NCBI RefSeq assembly: GCF_003231495.1
Contig: NZ_PQWO01000005.1
Location: 240,001 to 272,000 of the forward strand
Origin: Acaryochloris thomasi RCC1774
GTDB lineage: Bacteria; Cyanobacteriota; Cyanobacteriia; Thermosynechococcales; Thermosynechococcaceae
Direction of reading: 5' to 3'
Length of the DNA: 32,000 bases
Positions 17,387 through 27,791 of the stretch are shown here, in pieces (position 1 is the stretch's first letter; the number at the start of each line of letters is the position of its first letter). Both the position numbers and the translations under genes were made by a program. The notes beneath the pieces are model-generated. The model did not search any database. It had not been told where the DNA came from and saw nothing but the letters and a program-made list of their open reading frames with translations.

Positions 17387-18802
17387 CTACGCCCCTAGAT
17401 TTTCTAGCTCATCAAGACCGGCAAGACGCTCGAGATCTGCGAGTTCAGCTAGATTGCCCAGTGCTTCCAGAGAATCTGGAGAGAGATCGGACTCCTGTGA
17501 CTCGTCCTGTGGCTCTGCCACCATTTCTGGCATAGAGACATCAGATGCCTCTTCAGTCATGCTGCCCAGCTGTTCTAATTCAACGGGCGCGGCTGTGTCT
17601 GTGATTTCTCCAGACATCTCCTGTGGCTCTTCCGTCATCTCCGGTGCAGAGATATCAGTGGCCTCTTCTGTGATGGCGTCAGGCTGTTCTGCCTCGGCAG
17701 GCGCGGCTGTGTCCGCGATTTCCTCAGATATGTCTGTGGAAAAGTCTAGACTGTCGAGATCGGGTAGGTCTGCCAGCATTTCTGATGCTTCTACCGAATC
17801 TAGTGTGGGTGGCTCTTCTGTGGCCGCCTCCGGCTCAGCTGGTGCAGGCATCTCAGCCATCTCTATGGCTGTCTCCGGCTCTGGCATGAAGCTTTCTGCA
17901 GCGGCAATGACTGGTTCTTCGATGGCGGCGATCTCAGCGGGTGCTTCTGCCTCAGCCATAGATGAGGGGACCATATCTGCTTCTGCCATCTCGACCGAGT
18001 CCTCTGGCTCCGGCATTAGGCTCTCTGCTGCGGCATCAGGCATCTCGGCGGGTGTCTCGATGCTCTCCATCGATGCCTCAGGCATCAGGCTCTCGGGTGA
18101 TGGCTCGGATGCGGGCTCAGAAATCTCAGCTTGATCGAGTCCTAGGCGCATCATGATCGTGTCATGGTCCTGCTGCTCTTCAATGCCGGTTTCCGCTACT
18201 TTCAGTCGTTCTTCTAGACCTAAGATAAAGGTATTCTCAGGTGCACCCATCGATTCACAGGTGGTTTGCACGCAGTGCAGTTCCTGGCCGGTGAGCTGAC
18301 TAAAAAACGTGCTGAGTAGGCCCGCTTCTGCATGACAGGTGGGACGTTCTGCGGGACTCTCGTCGCTCTGCTGAACTGCAGCAAAGGCAGAATTTTCCAC
18401 TGTTGCGATAATGAAGCCTTGGGCATAGTGTTTGAACTCTAGGTTCAAATTGCCCCAGCCATAGGTTTTCCAGCACTGCTTGAGGCACTGGAGAAACTCC
18501 ACCATCTCCATTTCAGCCAAGGGCTTGTCATAGTAGGTGCTGATCTCTTCAGCGAAGCGGCGATAAAAATATTTGCCCCACCAATGTCCGCACTGGAACA
18601 TGACGAGTCCTGCAGATGGACCCACTTCCTCTCTTAGGCTGCTGTAGAGCGCCTGCAGTAGAGTGTCGGGAAGGGCAATGAGCCGGTTGCCCTGGCGATT
18701 TTCGAGCAGACCTAGCTCAAAGTCTCCCTGTACGTAGGCATCGGGGGCAAAATAATTGCCGGGTAAACGGTCTTTGTTAAGTAATTCAGCAACTGCAATC
18801 AT
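17387..18802 (-). CDS. V4R (4-vinyl-reductase-type) domain protein with a repetitive acidic tail of about 250 aa (slr0147-like position)
   Basis: 471 aa. The first 205 aa or so carry the V4R hallmark 'TCHAEAGLLSTFFSQLTGQELHCVQTTCESMGAPENTF'. Residues 222-471 are Glu/Asp/Pro/Ala/Met-rich with internal repeats. Confidence 0.88.
   Translation of the reverse strand: MIAVAELLNKDRLPGNYFAPDAYVQGDFELGLLENRQGNRLIALPDTLLQALYSSLREEVGPSAGLVMFQCGHWWGKYFYRRFAEEISTYYDKPLAEMEMVEFLQCLKQCWKTYGWGNLNLEFKHYAQGFIIATVENSAFAAVQQSDESPAERPTCHAEAGLLSTFFSQLTGQELHCVQTTCESMGAPENTFILGLEERLKVAETGIEEQQDHDTIMMRLGLDQAEISEPASEPSPESLMPEASMESIETPAEMPDAAAESLMPEPEDSVEMAEADMVPSSMAEAEAPAEIAAIEEPVIAAAESFMPEPETAIEMAEMPAPAEPEAATEEPPTLDSVEASEMLADLPDLDSLDFSTDISEEIADTAAPAEAEQPDAITEEATDISAPEMTEEPQEMSGEITDTAAPVELEQLGSMTEEASDVSMPEMVAEPQDESQESDLSPDSLEALGNLAELADLERLAGLDELENLGA
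17501..17728 (-). repeat. Tandem 114-bp (38-aa) coding repeat, two copies, inside the acidic tail
   Basis: SEEIADTAAPAEAEQPDAITEEATDISAPEMTEEPQEM is followed by SGEITDTAAPVELEQLGSMTEEASDVSMPEMVAEPQDE. At DNA level, GGCGCGGCTGT starts at both 17586 and 17700, a spacing of 114 bp. Confidence 0.85.
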
Positions 18803-18829
18803 GATGGTGTTTTGTTCTCCGGTATGGGA

Positions 18830-19309
18830 TTAGCCTGCGGTCACGAGGTCGTTACCCACCAGGATCTGCTGGGTTTGAGTTAGATAAGGCTGGATTAAAG
18901 TCCACTGATGGGCAGACAGGACTTCTTTGAGGCGAGCTTCAAGGAGTTGGCTGAGCTGATATTCGAGATCTACAAGCTGATGGGCCTGTACGACATCGGT
19001 GAGCCATTCCAGGAGTCGGTGTCGCAGGAATTCTGGGTTGTTGCTCAGCATCGCCATCGCGCTGTAGCGAAGGGCTGAGATCCAGTGCTGTAGAGCTTTT
19101 TCTTGACGCTGAGCATTTTCGCTAGGGCAGGTGGCCTCAAGCTGATCGGCAATCGGTTGCCAGATCTGTTGTTCTTTGTCTCGCAGCAGTTCATAGGTCT
19201 GCAGCCGCTGCTCTAGAGCGCTGACGTGCTGTTTAAAGTCAGTGATCTCAGCGTTTGTGAGGTAATGGTCTTCTGCGTCCTGCAGAAATTGTTGGAAGTC
19301 AGAGTGCAT
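18830..19309 (-). CDS. Second phycobiliprotein-fold protein, lacking the canonical chromophore Cys (slr0146-like position)
   Basis: 159 aa. 'AEDHYLTNAEITDFKQHVSALEQRLQTYELL' matches the N-terminal helix pattern of phycobiliproteins. The position equivalent to C-x-R-D reads 'KALQHW'. Confidence 0.75.
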   Translation of the reverse strand: MHSDFQQFLQDAEDHYLTNAEITDFKQHVSALEQRLQTYELLRDKEQQIWQPIADQLEATCPSENAQRQEKALQHWISALRYSAMAMLSNNPEFLRHRLLEWLTDVVQAHQLVDLEYQLSQLLEARLKEVLSAHQWTLIQPYLTQTQQILVGNDLVTAG

Positions 19310-19317
19310 AATGGCCC

Positions 19318-19743
19318 CTAAAATAAATCAGAGAAGTCAGAGAGATTTAAGTCACTGCTGTCAACGGGTGGGTCGACGGCGTTGAGTTTGGGGACTGCCG
19401 CAATTTCAGGCTGGGCTTCCCAAACAAATAGGTTGAAAAATTTGTTGACGGGTAGGGTCGCGTTCAAGGCGATGGAACTGATGACACTGGAACTGATAAC
19501 AGTCTGGGTTGGGTTGGTTGGGTTGGCTGCTTTGGGTGCCTTGACGGGCTGCAGTTTGCCATTCCAGTTGCTGTGACTCAGAAAGTCTTGGACGGTTTGA
19601 CTCTGCCAAGATTGAGGTGCGTGCTGTCGGGGTGTGTGCTGTCGGGGTGTGTTTCGGGCTGGGGCTTTGGGTAATGTTTTGCCCTGCCAGTTGCACTGCC
19701 GGAGGAACTCTTGAACGGTGGAAAATTGCCAGTCACGGCTCAT
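19318..19743 (-). CDS. Small protein with a repeated W..TVQ(E/D)FL...NW.GK motif (slr0145-like position)
   Basis: 141 aa. 'WQFSTVQEFLRQCNWQGK' and 'WQSQTVQDFLSHSNWNGK' are separated by a Pro/Arg/Gln linker that contains the tandem PRQHTPRQHA. The C-terminus is acidic ('DLNLSDFSDLF'). The start overlaps the upstream stop in an ATGA arrangement (19740-19743). Confidence 0.7.
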   Translation of the reverse strand: MSRDWQFSTVQEFLRQCNWQGKTLPKAPARNTPRQHTPRQHAPQSWQSQTVQDFLSHSNWNGKLQPVKAPKAANPTNPTQTVISSSVISSIALNATLPVNKFFNLFVWEAQPEIAAVPKLNAVDPPVDSSDLNLSDFSDLF

Positions 19744-20453
19744 GACAGGTATTCTCCGTTGTGCAGACGCTTTTCAATGTCGCGCATGCTGGCACCTTCG
19801 TTTTGCCAAAAAGTAGCGGCGTCGATGCGATCGCGTTTGCCTAAAAGAAACTTGCAGTAAGTTTCGCCCATGGCGTAGCACTGTAGCTCGATACAGCTCA
19901 TGTCTTTTTGGACTAAGTTGCTAAAGAACCCTGCAAACAAACCGGCATAGATATGGCAGACGGGCTTACCCACATCTCCCAAGGTGCGGGCCACGGCAGA
20001 GTCAAAAATATTGATGAACATGAATCCATTTTTCTGGTCGCTGAGATCCACATCCCAGTTGCCCCAGCCTTGGCTTGTAAACGGCCACCACCAGGCTTCT
20101 AGAGCAAAGGATGGATTGCACTGCCGCAAACCCATGCCATAGTCTTTTTCAAACCAGCTCTGGAAGAAGGCGGCATCACGCTCTCCCCAAGCTTTACCAA
20201 TGTTGTACATGATAACGCTGGAGGCACTCCCAACTTCTTGCTCTAGCCCTTCAATTAAAGCTAGAATAAAGTCCTCGCTCGCTAAAATATTGCGAGACTC
20301 GTGCCAGTCATTAATTGTCCCCTGCTCTGGCTGGAAGGTGAAGAAGTCTGAAAAGCTGTAGTGATTCCGCTTGGATGGATATCTTTGCTTGTGTGATACC
20401 GGCTGGTCGAGACTCACCCCAAGAGGGGCTACTTCAGTGGGTGTAAAAACCAT
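19740..20453 (-). CDS. V4R (4-vinyl-reductase-type) domain protein, first gene of the operon (slr0144-like position)
   Basis: 237 aa. 'VCHIYAGLFAGFFSNLVQKDMSCIELQCYAMGETYCKFLL' is the typical V4R C-terminal Cys/Gly pattern. Confidence 0.88.
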   Translation of the reverse strand: MVFTPTEVAPLGVSLDQPVSHKQRYPSKRNHYSFSDFFTFQPEQGTINDWHESRNILASEDFILALIEGLEQEVGSASSVIMYNIGKAWGERDAAFFQSWFEKDYGMGLRQCNPSFALEAWWWPFTSQGWGNWDVDLSDQKNGFMFINIFDSAVARTLGDVGKPVCHIYAGLFAGFFSNLVQKDMSCIELQCYAMGETYCKFLLGKRDRIDAATFWQNEGASMRDIEKRLHNGEYLS

Positions 20454-20473
20454 CTGTCACTGATCCTATTGTC

Positions 20474-20498
20474 CTAAGTAAACTGATGCTTTACTTAG
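20474..20498 (-). promoter_or_regulatory. Perfect 9-bp dyad/hairpin in the leader of the V4R operon
   Basis: Arms CTAAGTAAA (20474-20482) and TTTACTTAG (20490-20498) flank a 7-nt loop. The element ends 20 nt upstream of the start codon at 20453 and just upstream of an AGGA. Confidence 0.4.
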
Positions 20499-20531
20499 CA
20501 TTCCCACTTCAAAGGCAATCTCTTAGCTTTG

Positions 20532-20549
20532 TCGCAAAGGAATTTGCGA
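20532..20549. promoter_or_regulatory. Perfect palindrome TCGCAAA-GGAA-TTTGCGA in the operon's upstream region
   Basis: The arms are 7 bp with a 4-bp spacer. TTATAC-N8-TTATAC direct repeats lie about 30 bp away, at 20581-20600. The binding factor is unknown. Confidence 0.3.
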
Positions 20550-20761
20550 ATTTATAAGAATACTCAATGTATATTGTGTTTTATACGCTGTACGTTATAC
20601 ACAGAATCCCCTGTCCGCTTGGGTTCCGTTTGTTCTTGCGATCGCAGGTGGACAAAACAAAATCTGATTAACTGTGAGCTTCATCCTTCTTAGATTCTCG
20701 TTTTAATGGCGCAGGTGCCGTTCCGCTGAGGCGTCTTGAAGCCCCTGGGATGCTCTCCCTG

Positions 20762-21664
20762 TTATTGCTGCTGAGCCAGAATCAGCTTCAGTATGATCTG
20801 CAGATCGGCCAGCCGTTCAAGCGTAGTGTCAGACCAGTTCGGGTCCGGCTGAGGGGAATGTAGGTAAAGGGTTCCCCAGAGCTGCTGTTCTGCCAGAATT
20901 GGCACCACCACCAGCGCTCTTGTTTGTAGCGCTTGGAGATTATCCCAGAGTGCTGGGGGTGCAGGATCCTTCGTCAGGCTCAATTGATCAAGGGCTAATA
21001 TCTCTCCCTGCTGCAGCCTGTGCTGCCAATCTGGCTGCAAGGCTAAATCAAAGTTGGATGGATTTTCGAGGGACGGAAGTGCTGCTGATTCAACCCATCG
21101 TGAAGTCTGCTGCTGCCAAAGATGAATACGATGGGTCAACGTGACGGACTGCAGAGCATTGACTAATTGCTGAAGCTGTTCCCACAACTCTTGGTCATGA
21201 TTATGGAGACTTTGGCTCAGGCACTGGGTCCAGCCCTCTAGTTTGCTGCACGTGGCCTCGGCGGTGATCAGAGCTTGGTGGGTCGCCAACAGCCTCCGGA
21301 CTCGCTCTGAAAGAACGGGCCAATTAATCGGCTTGGTAATGTAGTCGGTGGCCCCGACAGCAAAGGCCTGATCGACGGAGGCTTGATCATCCAGCACCGT
21401 GAGAATCAGCAGCGGAACGCGATCGCCCCCTGGTAGCTGACGGAGACGCTGACAGCAGTTGAAGCCATCCATTCCTGGCATGACGGCATCCATTAGCACT
21501 AAATTAGGCTGACTGATCCGATATTCTGCCAGCCCCTGCTCGCCATCTTTGGCTTCCACCACTTGATAGCCTTCTGTTGACATGGCGAGATTCAAGAGTC
21601 CACGGGTAGAGCGATCGTCGTCAATAATCAGAACGACGGGAGAGGCTGGGGCTGGCGCGGTCAT
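20762..21664 (-). CDS. Response regulator, REC plus C-terminal GAF-like domain
   Basis: 300 aa. REC motifs are 'VVLIIDDD', 'LVLMDAVMPGMDG' and 'ATDYITKPI'. The C-terminal 150 aa or so have a GAF-like pattern ('ALVVVPILAEQQLWGTLYLHS...WSDTTLERLADL'). Confidence 0.88.
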   Translation of the reverse strand: MTAPAPASPVVLIIDDDRSTRGLLNLAMSTEGYQVVEAKDGEQGLAEYRISQPNLVLMDAVMPGMDGFNCCQRLRQLPGGDRVPLLILTVLDDQASVDQAFAVGATDYITKPINWPVLSERVRRLLATHQALITAEATCSKLEGWTQCLSQSLHNHDQELWEQLQQLVNALQSVTLTHRIHLWQQQTSRWVESAALPSLENPSNFDLALQPDWQHRLQQGEILALDQLSLTKDPAPPALWDNLQALQTRALVVVPILAEQQLWGTLYLHSPQPDPNWSDTTLERLADLQIILKLILAQQQ

Positions 21665-21675
21665 GCTTCGTTTCC

Positions 21676-25131
<3,456 letters not shown>

Positions 25132-25146
25132 TGAGTGATCGGATCT

Positions 25147-27429
25147 CTATGAACATGGGCTAGCGGGCCGCAGGGTCGAGACGGGCTGCAGGACTGTGGA
25201 CTGTAGCTGGGATTTCAGCTCGGAAGGGAGTCTGCATTCTCCGCTCAGACAGTCTACTAGTCGCTGATTCGCTTGATAGTACTGTTGAAGCTGTCCTTGT
25301 CCCTTGGGCGGCCAGTTGAGGTGACGATGCTCAGTGAGCCAGGCCTGGAAGCTTTCAACCCATTGGAGCCCATCGGTCTGCCACCAGTTCTGGAGATTTA
25401 TTTCACCCATGGCGGGGTCAGGAAGTTTTTCTTTGAGGGCTTGCCAGCTTTGGCGCAGTGGTGTTTCAAAGGTAAACCGCTGTTCTAGGTCCAACGCGAA
25501 GCTGAAGTTGAGAATTTCTTTGAGACTAGATCCTTTCACTAATGGCAAGCTGAGGTTGAAGGCCCGCACGAAGGCCAGGTCTAGGGCCAAGGCGTCAGGC
25601 AGGTCATTGGCAAGGGTTGGATCAAGTGCGATCGCAAGGTTCAGATCCCGATCAAACAGCAGACTGAAGTAGAATGCCCTCACTGCCGCTGGCTTGCAGT
25701 CGAGCTCTAGCCCACTTACCTTGCGATCGAGTCCAGCGAGAAACTTTTGCAAGGATTCTGTGTGGGCCAAGCCTTGAATTTGAGCCTGGATTTGCTGTAC
25801 CAGATCGGTCGCATCCGGCAGCATGCTGCTGGTGAGCAGCAGTACCTCACGCCACTGAGCATCACAGACATGGGTCGCTAAGTGCGCCAACGCTTGCTGG
25901 CGAGATGCTGGAGGCGTCGCTACAATTTTGCGAGCGGCGAGATATTCCTGAAAGGTCAAATGCGAGAATGAATAGACATCTCGGGCTCGCTCAACCAGCA
26001 AGCCGTGCTGCAGAACAATGGAGCCCAGTACAGCCTCACTAGCTTGCCAAAGCACCTCTGGATCTGAGCTAACGTCGGCAAAACTGGATAGATACCCGGC
26101 AATAATCCGTAGGACATCCTGTTTCTCAAAATAGAAATGGCCCTGCTCAAAGGTCGTTGCGGCAATCTGCCCCATTAGCGTGATTTTTTGCGCCCGCGAG
26201 AGCTGTTGATAGGTCGTGTCTCGATGGATGCCTCGGGCCTGATCCCAGCGACCCAGCAGAATATCTAAAGCCGCTTTGTAAAGCTTTGCGCGATTGCTGG
26301 GAAAGGAAGACCGCTCCTGAAAAACAGAACAGACCAAGCTGAGCAACAGTGGACTGACCACTAATTCTCGAATCGGCTGATTCTCATGCTGCTGGAGCTG
26401 CTCGAAAAACTGGGTGGCTTTAGAGAGTCCTGCTGTCTTTGAATTCTGGGCCGTCGCGACGAAATAGCGACGGGCAAAGGCTTCAATTTGGGCCTGATTG
26501 AAGTCTGCTAGCTCAACGTAGGTGAACCCACGAAAGTAATAGGATTGGGCGGCAATCCGGCAGGTGACAATGATCTGGCATTGATAGTACTGATCGGCAA
26601 AGTCTTGAATTTGGTGAATGAGACTTTGGCTGTTCTCTTGAGCCACCTCATCAAGGCCATCCAGCAGAATCAGTACACGGCCCTGCTGTAGCAACCGTTC
26701 GAGTTGCTCATCTGCAAGGCCGCTGCCGTTCCAGACCCGGCTGATGTAATCGACAATGCTGAAATCATCTTGGGCGGTGCGCGTCAGCATCCGCAGCGGG
26801 ATAAAAATGGGAATGCATTCCGGTCGTAGACGGTTGCCTTGGCACTCAAGGGCAATGTGCTGTAAAAAAGTAGTCTTACCGGCTCCAGGTTTACCCACAA
26901 TCACTAGCTTTGAGTGGGCCTTAATGGTTTCTGCACCCTGCGTTAAATCGTCATGGACCGGCATAAATCGGGTGGATTCCGTTGCGGTCTGTAGCTCAGA
27001 AATCTCTAGCCAGCGCTGGTGGGTCAGTTGGGGCAACGTTTGAATGCCGGTATAGATCTCACTGAGCTGCAGCGTATGAGTTACGTCTAGCGAAGACTGC
27101 AGGATGCCACACTGGGCCTGTAGTTGACCTTGCTGATAAGTTCGCAGTCTTTGAACCCATTCGTCTAACTCTTGCGCCGTGGAGGTTGCTCTGAGGTCGT
27201 CGGGGCTAGGAAGGCCTGCAATCTCCTGCCATTCCAGGTCCAGCTGAAAGCAAAGATCAATAAAAATATGTCGCTCAATGGGTTTCCCGGTGAAAAATTT
27301 CCAAATGGGTTGCCGGGTCTGGACGCTTACCTGGGCAGCTAAATACTCCTGAGTCCACCCAAGGCGTTGAAAGGCCTGTTTGGCTTTGATGGCACCGACA
27401 GGTGTGGCAAAAAGCGATCGTTTTGCCAT
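25147..27429 (-). CDS. STAND NTPase: N-terminal XRE-like HTH, NACHT domain and C-terminal helical region, with no WD40/TPR repeats
   Basis: 760 aa. The HTH is 'GWTQEYLAAQVSVQTRQPIWKFFTGKPIERHIFIDLCFQLDLEWQEI'. Walker A is 'GKPGAGKTT' (26869-26895) and Walker B is 'VLILLDGLDEV'. The C-terminal 'LQQYYQANQRLVDCLSGEC' resembles the helical module that I recall preceding repeat arrays in other cyanobacterial NACHT proteins. Confidence 0.88.
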   Translation of the reverse strand: MAKRSLFATPVGAIKAKQAFQRLGWTQEYLAAQVSVQTRQPIWKFFTGKPIERHIFIDLCFQLDLEWQEIAGLPSPDDLRATSTAQELDEWVQRLRTYQQGQLQAQCGILQSSLDVTHTLQLSEIYTGIQTLPQLTHQRWLEISELQTATESTRFMPVHDDLTQGAETIKAHSKLVIVGKPGAGKTTFLQHIALECQGNRLRPECIPIFIPLRMLTRTAQDDFSIVDYISRVWNGSGLADEQLERLLQQGRVLILLDGLDEVAQENSQSLIHQIQDFADQYYQCQIIVTCRIAAQSYYFRGFTYVELADFNQAQIEAFARRYFVATAQNSKTAGLSKATQFFEQLQQHENQPIRELVVSPLLLSLVCSVFQERSSFPSNRAKLYKAALDILLGRWDQARGIHRDTTYQQLSRAQKITLMGQIAATTFEQGHFYFEKQDVLRIIAGYLSSFADVSSDPEVLWQASEAVLGSIVLQHGLLVERARDVYSFSHLTFQEYLAARKIVATPPASRQQALAHLATHVCDAQWREVLLLTSSMLPDATDLVQQIQAQIQGLAHTESLQKFLAGLDRKVSGLELDCKPAAVRAFYFSLLFDRDLNLAIALDPTLANDLPDALALDLAFVRAFNLSLPLVKGSSLKEILNFSFALDLEQRFTFETPLRQSWQALKEKLPDPAMGEINLQNWWQTDGLQWVESFQAWLTEHRHLNWPPKGQGQLQQYYQANQRLVDCLSGECRLPSELKSQLQSTVLQPVSTLRPASPCS

Positions 27430-27791
27430 AAATTCCTACTCCTATGGACCGATGGCTATGTGAGCCTTTTTTCTGAGACTGAATATGATCGGGTTCTCAA
27501 GACCCAACGGTAGGGTACCCAAAATTCTCCTAATTCGATCTCTCGTTTTGTCAGATTAACGTCAAAAAAGTCAGCCCAAAGCTTTAGGGGTTGCTTTAAA
27601 AGTGTCGGATCATGATGTTGAGTACCCAATGATTCCCCTAGCTCTCTTAGAAAGATGCTAACAGCCTCTAAATTCCTTTTGAGAAGGTAAAACTATAGAT
27701 CTCTAAATACTTTGATTCTAACTTTAGTCTGTTCATGCAGTCTCTGAAAGGCTATCAGCATTTGCTGTTCTGCTGCAGGTCAGTTAAAACA

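Noticed and set aside
17454-18134. 226-aa Ser/Ala/Gly-rich ORF on the plus strand, plus the overlapping ORF at 17962-18156
   Set aside because: It is the antisense mirror of the acidic tail, because GAx/GCx codons read backwards give TCx/GCx. It has no independent start context and lies entirely within a well-supported minus-strand gene.
16338-19309. Calling the two PF00502-like genes genuine phycobilisome subunits (apc/cpc)
   Set aside because: They have no adjacent partner subunit, linker or lyase genes. The sequences diverge strongly after the first helices, and one lacks the chromophore Cys. The context is the V4R/ferredoxin operon, so they are phycobiliprotein-fold paralogues and not antenna subunits.
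20595-20684. 29-aa minus-strand mini-ORF (MKLTVNQILFCPPAIARTNGTQADRGFCV) in the operon's upstream spacer
   Set aside because: It has no ribosome-binding site or recognisable peptide features, and it overlaps a HIP1 copy and the dyad region. Chance occurrence is likely.
25147-27429. Interpreting the NACHT gene as part of a mobile anti-phage defence island
   Set aside because: There is no integrase, transposase, tRNA or direct-repeat boundary nearby. HIP1 copies lie inside it and its neighbours. Its N-terminal domain is an HTH rather than a nuclease, TIR, protease or pore-forming effector. A defence role cannot be excluded from sequence alone, but it is not the best-supported reading.
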